DNA of 32,000 nucleotides, from positions 30,777 to 62,776 of the forward strand of contig NZ_SNUY01000014.1 of NCBI RefSeq assembly GCF_004376175.1. The letters are read 5' to 3'. Source of the DNA: Halalkalibacterium halodurans. GTDB lineage: Bacteria > Bacillota > Bacilli > Bacillales > Bacillaceae_D. Positions 8,776 through 17,439 of the stretch are shown piece after piece. The notes under the pieces were generated by a model. It saw nothing but the letters and a program-made list of their open reading frames with translations, was not told the DNA's origin and made no database searches. A program made the translations under genes and the position numbers. The number at the start of each line of letters is the position of its first letter. Within the stretch, counting starts at the first letter, position 1.

Positions 8776-10209
8776 CTAGGCAGTCTGATCAATCAACCAT
8801 TGTTGAGCTAAGTCAATCAGCTTGGTCCAGCGTGCTGGCATGTTTGGAAGTTGTTCTAACTCTGGAATGAGAACAGGAACTTTACCTTCCAAGGCTGAAT
8901 GCGGTCTTAGAAAGTTGAAGTAAGCCACAAATAAGGTCACAAATGATACGGATCCTTGTTCTGACCCGAATCCGTGAGTGGATCGGTAGTTGCCTTTAAA
9001 GGTTCGATTCAGTCTCTCAATAATCTGTTTTAGCGGTCTATATTCCTTGGAGACTTCATCTTCATTGGTTAAGCCGATGACTTGTATTACGTCAAATGGA
9101 ATCTCATGTTGGGAAAAGAAATGCTGTGCTAACAAGTAGATTGGGTTTCCATCGACAACGAATGTAAGGTTCTCAGGAATCTCTTTCAGCTTAAGTAATA
9201 CTTCGTCAATCGCTCGAATGGCGGTCGCTGTGTCTCGATTTGGTGAGACAGGGTATGAGAGAATCACCTTTTTCACCGCATCAAAAAAGAAAAACAGATA
9301 GTGCCAACGACCATTCACACGGATATACGTTTCGTCACCACAGAATTGATCTGAAAGCTCATAAGGGTAGTGGTCGACGTAAGGCTTAAGCGTAAGTGCT
9401 ACACTGTTTTCGTAGTTTAAAATGCTTTGGTGAGAAATGGATACACCATGAATATCTTTCATCAGTGCAGCTGTTTTACGAGCGGATAGCCCGTAATTCA
9501 CGTGATACGTCAGAATGAGTCCAAGTGTATGTGGAGACACATAAAGCCTTGATAAATCGACTTTTGGCTTCTTGGGTGAATGTTTCGCTAACGGTTGATA
9601 GTCAATGTGAAACTGGCGGTAAATATACCGCATTTTAAAGGCTTGAGGGTCTTCTTTGAACCGTTTTTTCTCTTTTTGTGACATTCTACTCAATTTCTTT
9701 TGGTAGTAGGAACAGTCATTGTTTTTACACTTAAACACATTAAAGTCTTTTCTTTCCTTGATTTTTTCAAGAGTCTTGGCACAGTGAGGGCACTTAAGGA
9801 TGGCCTCTTTGAGATAGCGGCTTTTTTGATTAAAAAGACAGGAACACACCTTACATTGAAACTGTCCTTTCCCTCCATTATTGGCATACAAATACTCGGA
9901 TGGAGCACCACACTTTGGACATTTCATTGACGCAGGAACAGGTGTTGAATTAGAACGTCTCTGTACCGGTTTAAGAGGCTTTCCATTCGCCGCCAGATGC
10001 TCAGTTAATAACTGTTTAAAATCAAGTTTTTCTGGTACTTCAATGATCGGCAGATCGTCGACTTGAAGTTTCCGATAAGGTTTGTTCACTGGCGCTTCTA
10101 TTGGCTTATCAAACATGCTTTTCCCAATCAGTAGGGTAAGCAACGTTCGAATCATTTGTTCTTGATAGTTTATTAACATAAGTAAATAGGTTATAATTTG
10201 AGGTAACAA
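8776..10209 (-). CDS. IS6-family DDE transposase with N-terminal Cys-rich zinc-finger region
   Basis: GDETYIRVNGRWHYLFFFFD closely resembles the IS26 DETYVKVNGRWAYLYRAVD, followed by VDGNPIY and IERLNRTFK...HGF. The N-terminus carries CPKCG...CKVC...CPHC...CKNNDC. TTG start. Confidence 0.85.
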   Translation of the reverse strand: MLPQIITYLLMLINYQEQMIRTLLTLLIGKSMFDKPIEAPVNKPYRKLQVDDLPIIEVPEKLDFKQLLTEHLAANGKPLKPVQRRSNSTPVPASMKCPKCGAPSEYLYANNGGKGQFQCKVCSCLFNQKSRYLKEAILKCPHCAKTLEKIKERKDFNVFKCKNNDCSYYQKKLSRMSQKEKKRFKEDPQAFKMRYIYRQFHIDYQPLAKHSPKKPKVDLSRLYVSPHTLGLILTYHVNYGLSARKTAALMKDIHGVSISHQSILNYENSVALTLKPYVDHYPYELSDQFCGDETYIRVNGRWHYLFFFFDAVKKVILSYPVSPNRDTATAIRAIDEVLLKLKEIPENLTFVVDGNPIYLLAQHFFSQHEIPFDVIQVIGLTNEDEVSKEYRPLKQIIERLNRTFKGNYRSTHGFGSEQGSVSFVTLFVAYFNFLRPHSALEGKVPVLIPELEQLPNMPARWTKLIDLAQQWLIDQTA

Positions 10210-10359
10210 CTTGTCACATCCTTTTTTCTTAAGGGGATTGATGTCGTGTGGTTACCTCATCAATACCTTAGAATTCAGGGGGGTGGCAAGTTTTTTGCTT
10301 ATAAAGCCCTCTAATATAGGATTTATTAACCTATTTCTATATAAAGTTTTGACAATACG

Positions 10360-10367
10360 CGCTCATG
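10360..10367. repeat. Target-site duplication CGCTCATG (right copy)
   Basis: See 8519-8526. Confidence 0.8.
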
Positions 10368-10383
10368 TAGGGGGGATAGGCAG

Positions 10384-11856
10384 ATGATTCAAGCTCAAAA
10401 CTTTGTTGGTGGTACTTGGAAGAGTGGAAGTGGTGAGAAAATACTAAACTATAATCCAGCTACAAGAGAGCCCGTTTCTGAAGCAAACTCCTCCTCTGAA
10501 CAAGACGTTCAAGAGGCGGTTGTGAAAGCGGGAGCTGCATTTGAGCTATGGAGAAAGAAACCTGCACCTTTAAGAGGGGAATACCTTTATCAGATAGGAA
10601 TGCTTTTAAAAGAAAGGAAGCAAAGAATTGCGCGACTAATATCACTTGAGGTAGGTAAAACGAAGGTTGAAGCAGAGGGGGAAGTACAGGAAGCAATAGA
10701 TATGGCCTTCTATATGGCTGGAGAAGGACGGAGAATGTTTGGACATACGATTCCATCAGAGCTACCTGATAAATGGACAATGTCAGCACGAGAGCCTGTG
10801 GGAATCATCGGGGCAATAAGTGCATTTAATTTTCCTGTAGCGGTCCCTTCGTGGAAAATACTCCCATCCCTTATACTTGGAAATACAGTCGTATGGAAGC
10901 CGTCTCCTGAGACACCAGCAACTGCTACAGAATTTACCAGATGTTTTGAGGATGCAGGCCTACCTCCAGGAGTATTTAATCTAATACTAGGGGATGCTCA
11001 GCCAGGTCAATTTCTTGTTGAGGAGCCGAGAGTGGCACATATATCATTTACAGGCTCAACAGAAACGGGAAAAGTGGTTTACGAGAGTGCTGCAAAACAG
11101 CTCAAACGAGTCTCTCTAGAACTAGGGGGAAAGAATGCGATTATTGTGCTTAAGGATGCCAACCTGGAGCTTGCAGCCGAAGGAATTGTTTGGGCTGCGT
11201 TTGGTACAAGTGGTCAACGTTGTACAGCTGCAAGCAGAGTAATAATCGAAGAAGGCATATACGATCAATTATTACAAAGAATATTGCAGATCACCTCCCA
11301 GCTCAATATTGGTGATGTAAGAGATGAAAATGTTGATGTTGGACCACTGATTAATGAAAATAGTATCGAAAAGGTAGAGGCTTATATTAAACGAGCTGTC
11401 GAAGAAAACATCAAGGTTCATTGTGGTGGAAAAAGACTAGAAGGGCTTCCGGGTCATTTCTTCGCCCCAACAGTATTAGGTCCTGTTGACCCAACGAGCC
11501 CACTCGCCAAGGAAGAGATATTCGGTCCTGTACTATGCTTGATCAAAGCACAGGGGTTAGATGAGGCAATTAAAATCAATAACTCGGTAAGCTATGGGTT
11601 ATCCACAGCCGTATTTACTAGGAACGTTAATCATGCTTTCACAGGGATAAAAGGGATTGATACAGGCATCGTATACGTTAATCACGGAACGACTGGTGCA
11701 GAAATTCAGTTACCATTTGGAGGAACAAAAGATACAGGTAATGGTATGCGTGAGGCGGGACAAGCCGCACTTGATGCATTTAGTGAATGGAAAACGATAT
11801 ATATTGACTACAGCGATAAACTGCAGCGAGCACAAATAGATACAGATCTACTTTAA
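10384..11856 (+). CDS. Aldehyde dehydrogenase, ALDH7 (antiquitin / piperideine-6-carboxylate = alpha-aminoadipate-semialdehyde dehydrogenase)-like
   Basis: EGEVQEAIDM, the ALDH7-typical AFNFPVAV (instead of PWNFP), ELGGKNA, GQRCTA, EEIFGPV, GAEIQLPFGG and a C-terminal IDYSDKLQRAQ resemble ALDH7A1 as I recall it. Confidence 0.85.
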   Translation: MIQAQNFVGGTWKSGSGEKILNYNPATREPVSEANSSSEQDVQEAVVKAGAAFELWRKKPAPLRGEYLYQIGMLLKERKQRIARLISLEVGKTKVEAEGEVQEAIDMAFYMAGEGRRMFGHTIPSELPDKWTMSAREPVGIIGAISAFNFPVAVPSWKILPSLILGNTVVWKPSPETPATATEFTRCFEDAGLPPGVFNLILGDAQPGQFLVEEPRVAHISFTGSTETGKVVYESAAKQLKRVSLELGGKNAIIVLKDANLELAAEGIVWAAFGTSGQRCTAASRVIIEEGIYDQLLQRILQITSQLNIGDVRDENVDVGPLINENSIEKVEAYIKRAVEENIKVHCGGKRLEGLPGHFFAPTVLGPVDPTSPLAKEEIFGPVLCLIKAQGLDEAIKINNSVSYGLSTAVFTRNVNHAFTGIKGIDTGIVYVNHGTTGAEIQLPFGGTKDTGNGMREAGQAALDAFSEWKTIYIDYSDKLQRAQIDTDLL

Positions 11857-11966
11857 GGCTATGATTTCTAAGAATCACTTGGAACGTAGCTTTCGAAGGG
11901 GAGAAAAAGACTTGATTATCTCCAATCAAATCATTTATCCATCTTGCAACAACGAATACGGTAAGC

Positions 11967-12104
11967 TTGAAAAAAGTGATCGTATGTCCACCAAAGTATT
12001 TAAGAATCGAAGAAATTATTAATGAAACTCAGCGTTACTATCAAAGTAAAAACAACCTCTTAAAGAGTCGGAAAGCGATGAAACAGTATCATCAGTTTTT
12101 TTAG
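11967..12104 (+). pseudogene. Possible N-terminal fragment (~45 codons) of an amidinotransferase/DDAH-fold (YkgA-like) enzyme, truncated
   Basis: (L)KKVIVCPPKYLRIEEIINETQ...KAMKQYHQFF* resembles the VVVCxPxxxxIxxxINxxQ...A..QH..F N-termini of that fold. The similarity is short and weak. Confidence 0.25.
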
Positions 12105-12174
12105 AGGTACCAAAATGAGGTAGAGGTTATATGCACATAACCCCTGTCAAGTAGACAATGAAAAAAAGAGTATT

Positions 12175-12225
12175 TTAAGCTGCGGCCTTTTCTCGGTATT
12201 CAATCGGGGAAAGGCCTTTAAATTT
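12175..12225 (-). pseudogene. Very short C-terminal remnant of an IS3-family transposase (OrfB end)
   Basis: KFKGLSPIEYREKAAA* resembles the conserved L-K-G-L-S-P-V-E-Y-R end of IS3/IS150 OrfB. Only ~16 codons remain. Confidence 0.3.
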
Positions 12226-12660
12226 GGCTCTACAATAAATGTTGGGGTTTTCGCTCAAAAGAGGAAAAAAATGCACACAGGCTCCTTTATCCATTATCCT
12301 TGAATTGCCTAGAAACAAAGAAAGGATAGGAGCTGCGTGTACGATGAATTTTACCATGGATTTGCCCGGATTAAAAGGTGTGAAGGTCACAAAGATGGAG
12401 GAACGAGAGGACTATATCGCACTCCATTTAGAAATGCCGCGAACGCCTCATTGTTGCCATCCTGTGGGAGAGAACCGAAAGAATTCATAATAATCGTATT
12501 CAAAAAGTTCAATCTCAAGCTCTTTGAACGGCGGATGTATCTCTATTCTTATCGAAAGCGCCGGTACGCGTGGTAGATGCGGAAAGCGGTTTATGTTGAT
12601 ATCGTATCTGGGAAACCGTTGTTTAGCTCTAAGGATAAGATGCTGGCTACGGTTGGCCAA
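12226..12660 (+). mobile_element. Decayed 5' part of an ISL3-family element (left IR plus frameshifted transposase N-terminus)
   Basis: A GGCTCT... end at 12226 looks like an ISL3 IR. From ATG 12344 the reading frame gives MNFTMDLPGLKGVKVTKMEEREDYIALHLEMPRTPHCC, then stops and frameshifts. ...FKKFNLKLFERRMYLYSYRKRRYAW continues in another frame. Confidence 0.55.
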
Positions 12661-13089
12661 GCTTTACCAAACCAATCGATGAAGAAGAAATTATTCAAAA
12701 AGAAGATCGTAGTCACGGAATGATTCGGGCTTAGGTGCGAAGTAAGCAGGCGGATTCTTATTTAGGTACGTATTTCCAGATGGCCCTGGACCGAACGGTC
12801 TAAGTACTGCATTTTAACTCGGATGCCTCCAAAGGCTGACCTTGAGAAAGAAGGATACGGAAAGTACAAAGAATTAATTAGAACACTTGGCGGTATGCCA
12901 AGTGTTCATGCGAAAAGTATCGATTTCTGGCACTTTGCCCTTTTACAGAAGTGATATAAGAAATAATTCAGACTATAACCGATACTAAATCCGATCATCG
13001 GGTAACACGTAACGATTATACGTTCCAATCGGTTCGGAAAGTTAAGAAAGCGCTAACGATCCAGTAGAAATAATCATCCTATGAGAGCC

Positions 13090-13773
13090 TTAAAAGGCTG
13101 TAACAATTGTTTCCAAGGAAATTCGCTGAACACTTTTTGGGAAGTGTGGATGGCTCTGACATACAGCTAATTTATATTGTGGATCAACTTCATATTGCCT
13201 AAAATAGGCAGGTATCTGCTCTTGAACTGAACTGAAATATACCTGACTATTTATGACTCTGCAGCTAAACGAATTGAGTGGAATAGAAAGCCCTTTTCCT
13301 ACCATTTTAATATAGCTTTCTTTGAGTGACCATAAATCATAGAAATAGGATTGCTTAGCTTTGCCTGTTTTCTCTTCTAGATCCCGAATCTCTGATTCCG
13401 AAAAAAAGCGCTCTGCAATCTCAAATTCAATCGGCCGGACTTGTTCTATATCTATGCCAACTGGTTGATCATCAGTAGCACAGACTACCCAATTTCCGGA
13501 ATGTGAAATGTTGAAATGGAACGATGGCAGCCCTTTGACGAAAGGCTTTCCGTATGTATTGGTTTCGAACTGAATTTGGTCATTAGATATTTGAAGTTCC
13601 GTACGGATGATCTTTCGTACCAGCAGATCCGCCACTAAGCTCCGCAACGCATCTTCACGAAAAACGAATCGTTGAATTGTTTTTTGTTTCTCTTCGGAGA
13701 GCTCGGATAGCAAACGATGATATTGTCCTTCTGTAACATTGTAGTCTAATTGAATTGCATAAATACGGGACAT
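13090..13773 (-). CDS. sfp: Sfp-type 4'-phosphopantetheinyl transferase
   Basis: 227 aa with GKPF...FNISHSGNWVVCA...VGIDIE...WSLKESYIKMVGKGL motifs. Confidence 0.9.
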   Translation of the reverse strand: MSRIYAIQLDYNVTEGQYHRLLSELSEEKQKTIQRFVFREDALRSLVADLLVRKIIRTELQISNDQIQFETNTYGKPFVKGLPSFHFNISHSGNWVVCATDDQPVGIDIEQVRPIEFEIAERFFSESEIRDLEEKTGKAKQSYFYDLWSLKESYIKMVGKGLSIPLNSFSCRVINSQVYFSSVQEQIPAYFRQYEVDPQYKLAVCQSHPHFPKSVQRISLETIVTAF

Positions 13774-14148
13774 GGTTGCCTCCTAGTCTATTTGATCGAA
13801 AGACATTGTAAGGTGTCTGCACACATGAAGCGCCAAACACGCGTTGGGAGACGGCGCTTTAAGGCAAGTGTGGGTTTAGAATTAACAAGAAGCAAATATC
13901 ATGATTACTTTATGCTATTTTATAATAATATGAGGGAATAGCAGTATCAAATATAGTCATTCCCATAGGATTAAACACAAGGATCACATCTACGACGAAA
14001 AACGTTTTAAGGGTTGATGGTGTATTTGTGCATTTTTTACTCACGGATTTAGGTACTTTATTAAAACACCCGATTGTTGAACAGGGGTTACCTCACCAAT
14101 TGGTATCCTAATAAAAGGCTGAATATCGGAACAATCACAGGGGCATGA

Positions 14149-14736
14149 TCATGTTGCGTTTGCTCGCTCCATGATTTCTTGGACAATTGAGCTTTTAGCA
14201 TCTGCGTAGTGTTGCACTTGTCGCCATTCATGCTGAGCAAGTTTGCGTTTAACACGAGCGTAGTTGTCCCGGTCTGAATTGTTGGCCCGTAACCAATCTC
14301 GGAAGCGCAACATTCGATCAATCTCGGATGTTCCTTTGCTGAATACGTGTAGGTTGATGTCTGTATCAGGTCCTTTGAAAACACGGTGCTCAAACCAATC
14401 AGGTTCACGAATACGTAACGTATAGCCGACTTTCTCTAAGTCGGGAACATAGGTCGTTTCGTCAGCAGAATCAGTCACAACGAGTAGGATATCAATGATG
14501 GGCTTAGCACACAGTCCCGGCACTGAAGTTGATCCTACGTGTTCCACTTGTAATGCCTTGTTGCCAAGTACTGAACGTATTCGTTTAGCTTCTCGGTCGA
14601 ATAGTTTAGGCCAACGTGGATCATATTCCAAGAGAGTAATGGAGGCATTATGAGGCTTAAGCTCTCCAACCGTAACCTCTTGGAGTTCTTCATCAGTTCT
14701 AGGCGTTGAATTTGAACTATCCTTCATTGGTGGCAT
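14149..14736 (-). CDS. GrpB-family protein (nucleotidyltransferase fold, UPF0157)
   Basis: VEHVGSTSVPGLCAKPIIDILLVV and HVF...RFRDWLR pattern. Confidence 0.8.
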   Translation of the reverse strand: MPPMKDSSNSTPRTDEELQEVTVGELKPHNASITLLEYDPRWPKLFDREAKRIRSVLGNKALQVEHVGSTSVPGLCAKPIIDILLVVTDSADETTYVPDLEKVGYTLRIREPDWFEHRVFKGPDTDINLHVFSKGTSEIDRMLRFRDWLRANNSDRDNYARVKRKLAQHEWRQVQHYADAKSSIVQEIMERANAT

Positions 14737-14763
14737 TTAAACGACCTCCTTCATGATTATGTT

Positions 14764-15741
14764 TTAGAAAGACTTTTGAAGTAACCCCTCCTTTTCTCCA
14801 TTATATTTAGAAAGTAGTTCACGTAATGACTTTTTTATGAGAGTCACAAGTTGTACAGGCTGTTTGACAGTTGCGTCATGGCCGAACCCGATAAAATAGT
14901 AGGAGAAATAGGGAACCTCGCTTTCAGGGAAGGGACCTTCAAGCCAACCTGACCCATCTTGACGAATGTGTAGGTGAGGTTTCAGCCATTGTTCGGCAAC
15001 ACAACGTTGAACGCCGTCTTGTGACAGTTCCACATAAAAATCGAGAACGTTTCTTTCTTGTTTCATATAGGACTGCCAATTCCCTAGATGAACATGCCGA
15101 AAGTTTAAAGGGTTGTTTGTTGTTTGCTCGGTTACATATGTGATCCGATCACAGCGAAAAAGACGCATGTCCTCTCGTAAAAAACAATAAGAAGGACAAT
15201 ACCAGAAACCATCTCGTGCATAGACCCCAATCGGTTGGATTTCTCGTTTTGTCTTCTCCTGGCTCGTTTCATATTCGATGGATACTACGTTCTGTTTAAT
15301 CGCTGCATCAAGCAAGGTTGGCAAATACGGTGTAGCCAATGGTCTCATCGGGGTTTCAAAATCAAACCGATTTTTCAATTGATCGATCCGCTCTTTAACG
15401 TCTTCTGGCATGTACGAATAGAACTTATGATTAACAGAGGAAGATTCCGCTTGGAATGGAAGGGCTGAAAAGTGGCGTAGGGCATGGACGGTAAAGAAGA
15501 TGGCGACCGCTTCTTCCTCTGTAAATGCAATAGGTGGCAGTACTCGCTCATTGAGTACTTCATAACCGCCATGAGGGCCTACCTCTGAATAGAAAGGCAC
15601 TCCAAGCTCACTTAATTCCTGTAAATCTCTTAAAATCGTTCGTGATGAAACACTAAATTCCTCGGCAAGTTCCTTCACTGTAAATCTCCGCTTTCGGTTG
15701 ATAACCATCATTAGCTCCATGAGGCGTTTCGCTTTTGACAT
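14764..15741 (-). CDS. YafY-family transcriptional regulator (N-terminal HTH plus WYL domain)
   Basis: FTVKELAEEFSVSSRTILRDLQELSELGVPF forms the HTH. The WYL-like core is PIGVYARDGFWYCPSYCFLREDMRLFRCDRI. Confidence 0.85.
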   Translation of the reverse strand: MSKAKRLMELMMVINRKRRFTVKELAEEFSVSSRTILRDLQELSELGVPFYSEVGPHGGYEVLNERVLPPIAFTEEEAVAIFFTVHALRHFSALPFQAESSSVNHKFYSYMPEDVKERIDQLKNRFDFETPMRPLATPYLPTLLDAAIKQNVVSIEYETSQEKTKREIQPIGVYARDGFWYCPSYCFLREDMRLFRCDRITYVTEQTTNNPLNFRHVHLGNWQSYMKQERNVLDFYVELSQDGVQRCVAEQWLKPHLHIRQDGSGWLEGPFPESEVPYFSYYFIGFGHDATVKQPVQLVTLIKKSLRELLSKYNGEKEGLLQKSF

Positions 15742-15895
15742 GATGTTCCCACCTTTTCTCCGTAACTATGACAAGTTTTGTCACTATTATATGCTAGACT
15801 TTACCTTGTGAACAGAAAAATGTCAGCTTGGTCGCTAAAGGAGGGCGGCTTTATAGAGGCTAAGCACATGTTTCAAAATAAAAGGAGGTCTCAGT

Positions 15896-16397
15896 ATGTA
15901 TACGAAGGTGACACAATTTTTGCAAGAGTGGAAGGAAGAAGCATCGATAACGGAGAAAGTAATCGCAGCGTTAACAGATGAATCGTTAGATAAACGCTTT
16001 TCTGAAAACGGCCGGACGCTTAGAAGGTTGGCTTGGCATATATCACAAACGATACCCGAGTATTTAACGGAGTTTGGTTTTGAACTGGAAGAGGTGGAAA
16101 TGCCAGCGAATATTCCAACAAAAGCGAAGGAAATAGCCGATTATTTTCGTATGGCTAGCAAGGCTGTCTCCCGCTCAGCAGAGCAGCGATGGACGGATGA
16201 ATCGTTATCCTACGTCCAAGATGCCTGGGGGGGAACCGTTATCGAAAGCAGAGCTCCTCTCGCTTTTCATTAAGCATATGATTCATCATCGCGGACAGAT
16301 GACCGTTCTTATGCGGCAAGCGGGGGTAAAGGTTCCTGGCTGTTACGGGCCTTCATTTGAAGAAGGACAAGAGATGGGTTTTATTCCGGAAGTGTAA
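15896..16397 (+). pseudogene. DinB-family (DinB_2) metal-dependent protein, frameshifted in a G7 run (16227-16233)
   Basis: ORF 15896-16273 ends ...YVQDAWGG. ORF 16197-16397 carries ...GEPLSKAELLSLFIKHMIHHRGQMTVLMRQAG. Deleting one G joins them in frame. Confidence 0.75.
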
Positions 16398-16415
16398 GAC
16401 GAAAGGAGACGAACG

Positions 16416-17345
16416 ATGCAGTTAACTCGAGAGCAATTTGATCGCGTGAAAGCGTATGTTATGCGAGAGGCTAGACCGCTCGACAGGCAGTTGTTTCGCT
16501 ATTATTTTGAAGGTGGGGACAGCGATAAAGTGGCGCGCGAGCTCGCAGCTTTCCAAAATGAAGATGGAGGGTTTGGCCACAGTTTAGAGCCTGATTTTCG
16601 CTTAATTGCCTCGTCCTCATTAGCTACGACGGTCGGGATGCAGTATGCTCGTGCGATCGGTTTACCTAGTGAACATCCGATTGTGAAAGGAGCAATTGGT
16701 TATTTTCTCAATAAATACGATGAAAAGAAAAAGAAGTGGCAAATGGTCCCGAAAGAGGTAAACAACGTCCCCCATGCTCCGTGGTGGCATTTTGATGAAA
16801 GAAACGATTTCCCGGGTGAACACGATTCATGGGCGAACCCAGGGGCAGAAATTGTTGCCTACCTTTACGAACATCGCAGCCTCGTTCCAGCCACTTTTTT
16901 AGCGGAAGTAACTGAAAACGCCATGCACGCCGCCAGAACTGCGCCACTTGAGATGGAGATCCATGATTTTTATTGCTTTGCTCGTTTATTAGACGTCATT
17001 CCTGATCCATATAAGACGGAGTTATTCGACAAGCTTAGTTCATCGGTTCGCGTCATAACCGCGCTCGTTCCTTCAGAGTGGGACGATTATGGAGCAAAGC
17101 CTTTGCACATCGCACCATCTCCTCATTCTCCCTTTGCGCCGTTACTAGAAAAACAAATTGCTGAGAATCTTGATTATGAAATCAAACAGCTAGGAGAGGA
17201 GGGATATTGGCAACCTAATTGGTCTTGGTTCGGTCACTATGAAGACGTTTGGAAACAGGCTGAGATAGAATGGAGAGGCTATTTAACGGTGCACATGCTT
17301 AAAGTGTTGCAAAACTATGAAAGAATCGAAACTTCGCAAGATTAG
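16416..17345 (+). CDS. Conserved hypothetical protein, 309 aa (a possible alpha/alpha-toroid, prenyltransferase/terpene-cyclase-like repeat motif NEDGGFG)
   Basis: Long ORF with SD GAAAGGAG. Motif FQNEDGGFGHSLEPDF and a Trp-rich C-terminus. Function is not assignable by eye. Confidence 0.6.
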   Translation: MQLTREQFDRVKAYVMREARPLDRQLFRYYFEGGDSDKVARELAAFQNEDGGFGHSLEPDFRLIASSSLATTVGMQYARAIGLPSEHPIVKGAIGYFLNKYDEKKKKWQMVPKEVNNVPHAPWWHFDERNDFPGEHDSWANPGAEIVAYLYEHRSLVPATFLAEVTENAMHAARTAPLEMEIHDFYCFARLLDVIPDPYKTELFDKLSSSVRVITALVPSEWDDYGAKPLHIAPSPHSPFAPLLEKQIAENLDYEIKQLGEEGYWQPNWSWFGHYEDVWKQAEIEWRGYLTVHMLKVLQNYERIETSQD

Positions 17346-17439
17346 ATTACTGTAATGATGTTATGTAAACAAAAGTGAGGAATTCTCTCTTCTTGAGCGA
17401 GAGTTTCTCACTCTTTTATGATCCTTCACCTTCAAAAAA

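Larger units (their letters stand above)
8527..10359 (-). mobile_element. IS6-family insertion sequence (long form with zinc-finger N-terminal extension), 1833 bp
   Basis: Imperfect terminal IRs GGTAATGTCAAAAGTTC (8527->) and CGTATTGTCAAAACTTT (10359<-) match at 13 of 17 positions. Flanked by the 8-bp direct repeat CGCTCATG. Removing the element restores an ATGA gene overlap. Confidence 0.8.

Noticed and set aside
8582-8779. 65-aa GTG-start ORF between the IS end and the transposase stop
   Set aside because: It coincides with the 150-nt palindrome, has no SD and yields an Arg/Lys/Gly-rich translation. The DNA or RNA structure explains the region better than coding does.
7170-11856. Reading the aminotransferase/dehydrogenase pair as an ordinary gabT-gabD GABA-shunt operon unrelated to the cluster
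   Set aside because: This is not fully excluded. However, the dehydrogenase shows ALDH7-type rather than GabD-type motifs. The pair is also co-directional with the PKS-like operon and enclosed by it and sfp, and it shares the AT-rich composition. I kept it as a finding with this caveat.
12700-13089. Possible coding remnant (for example ...EGYGKYKELIRTLGGMPSVHAKSIDFWHFALLQK) between the ISL3 debris and sfp
   Set aside because: The open stretches are short and interrupted by stops in all frames, and I could not assign a family by eye. I left it as unannotated degenerate DNA.
13827-13859. Hairpin AAGCGCC...GGCGCTT upstream of sfp as a terminator
   Set aside because: No flanking T-tract (or A-tract for the minus strand) is present, and it lies upstream of sfp rather than downstream of any gene.
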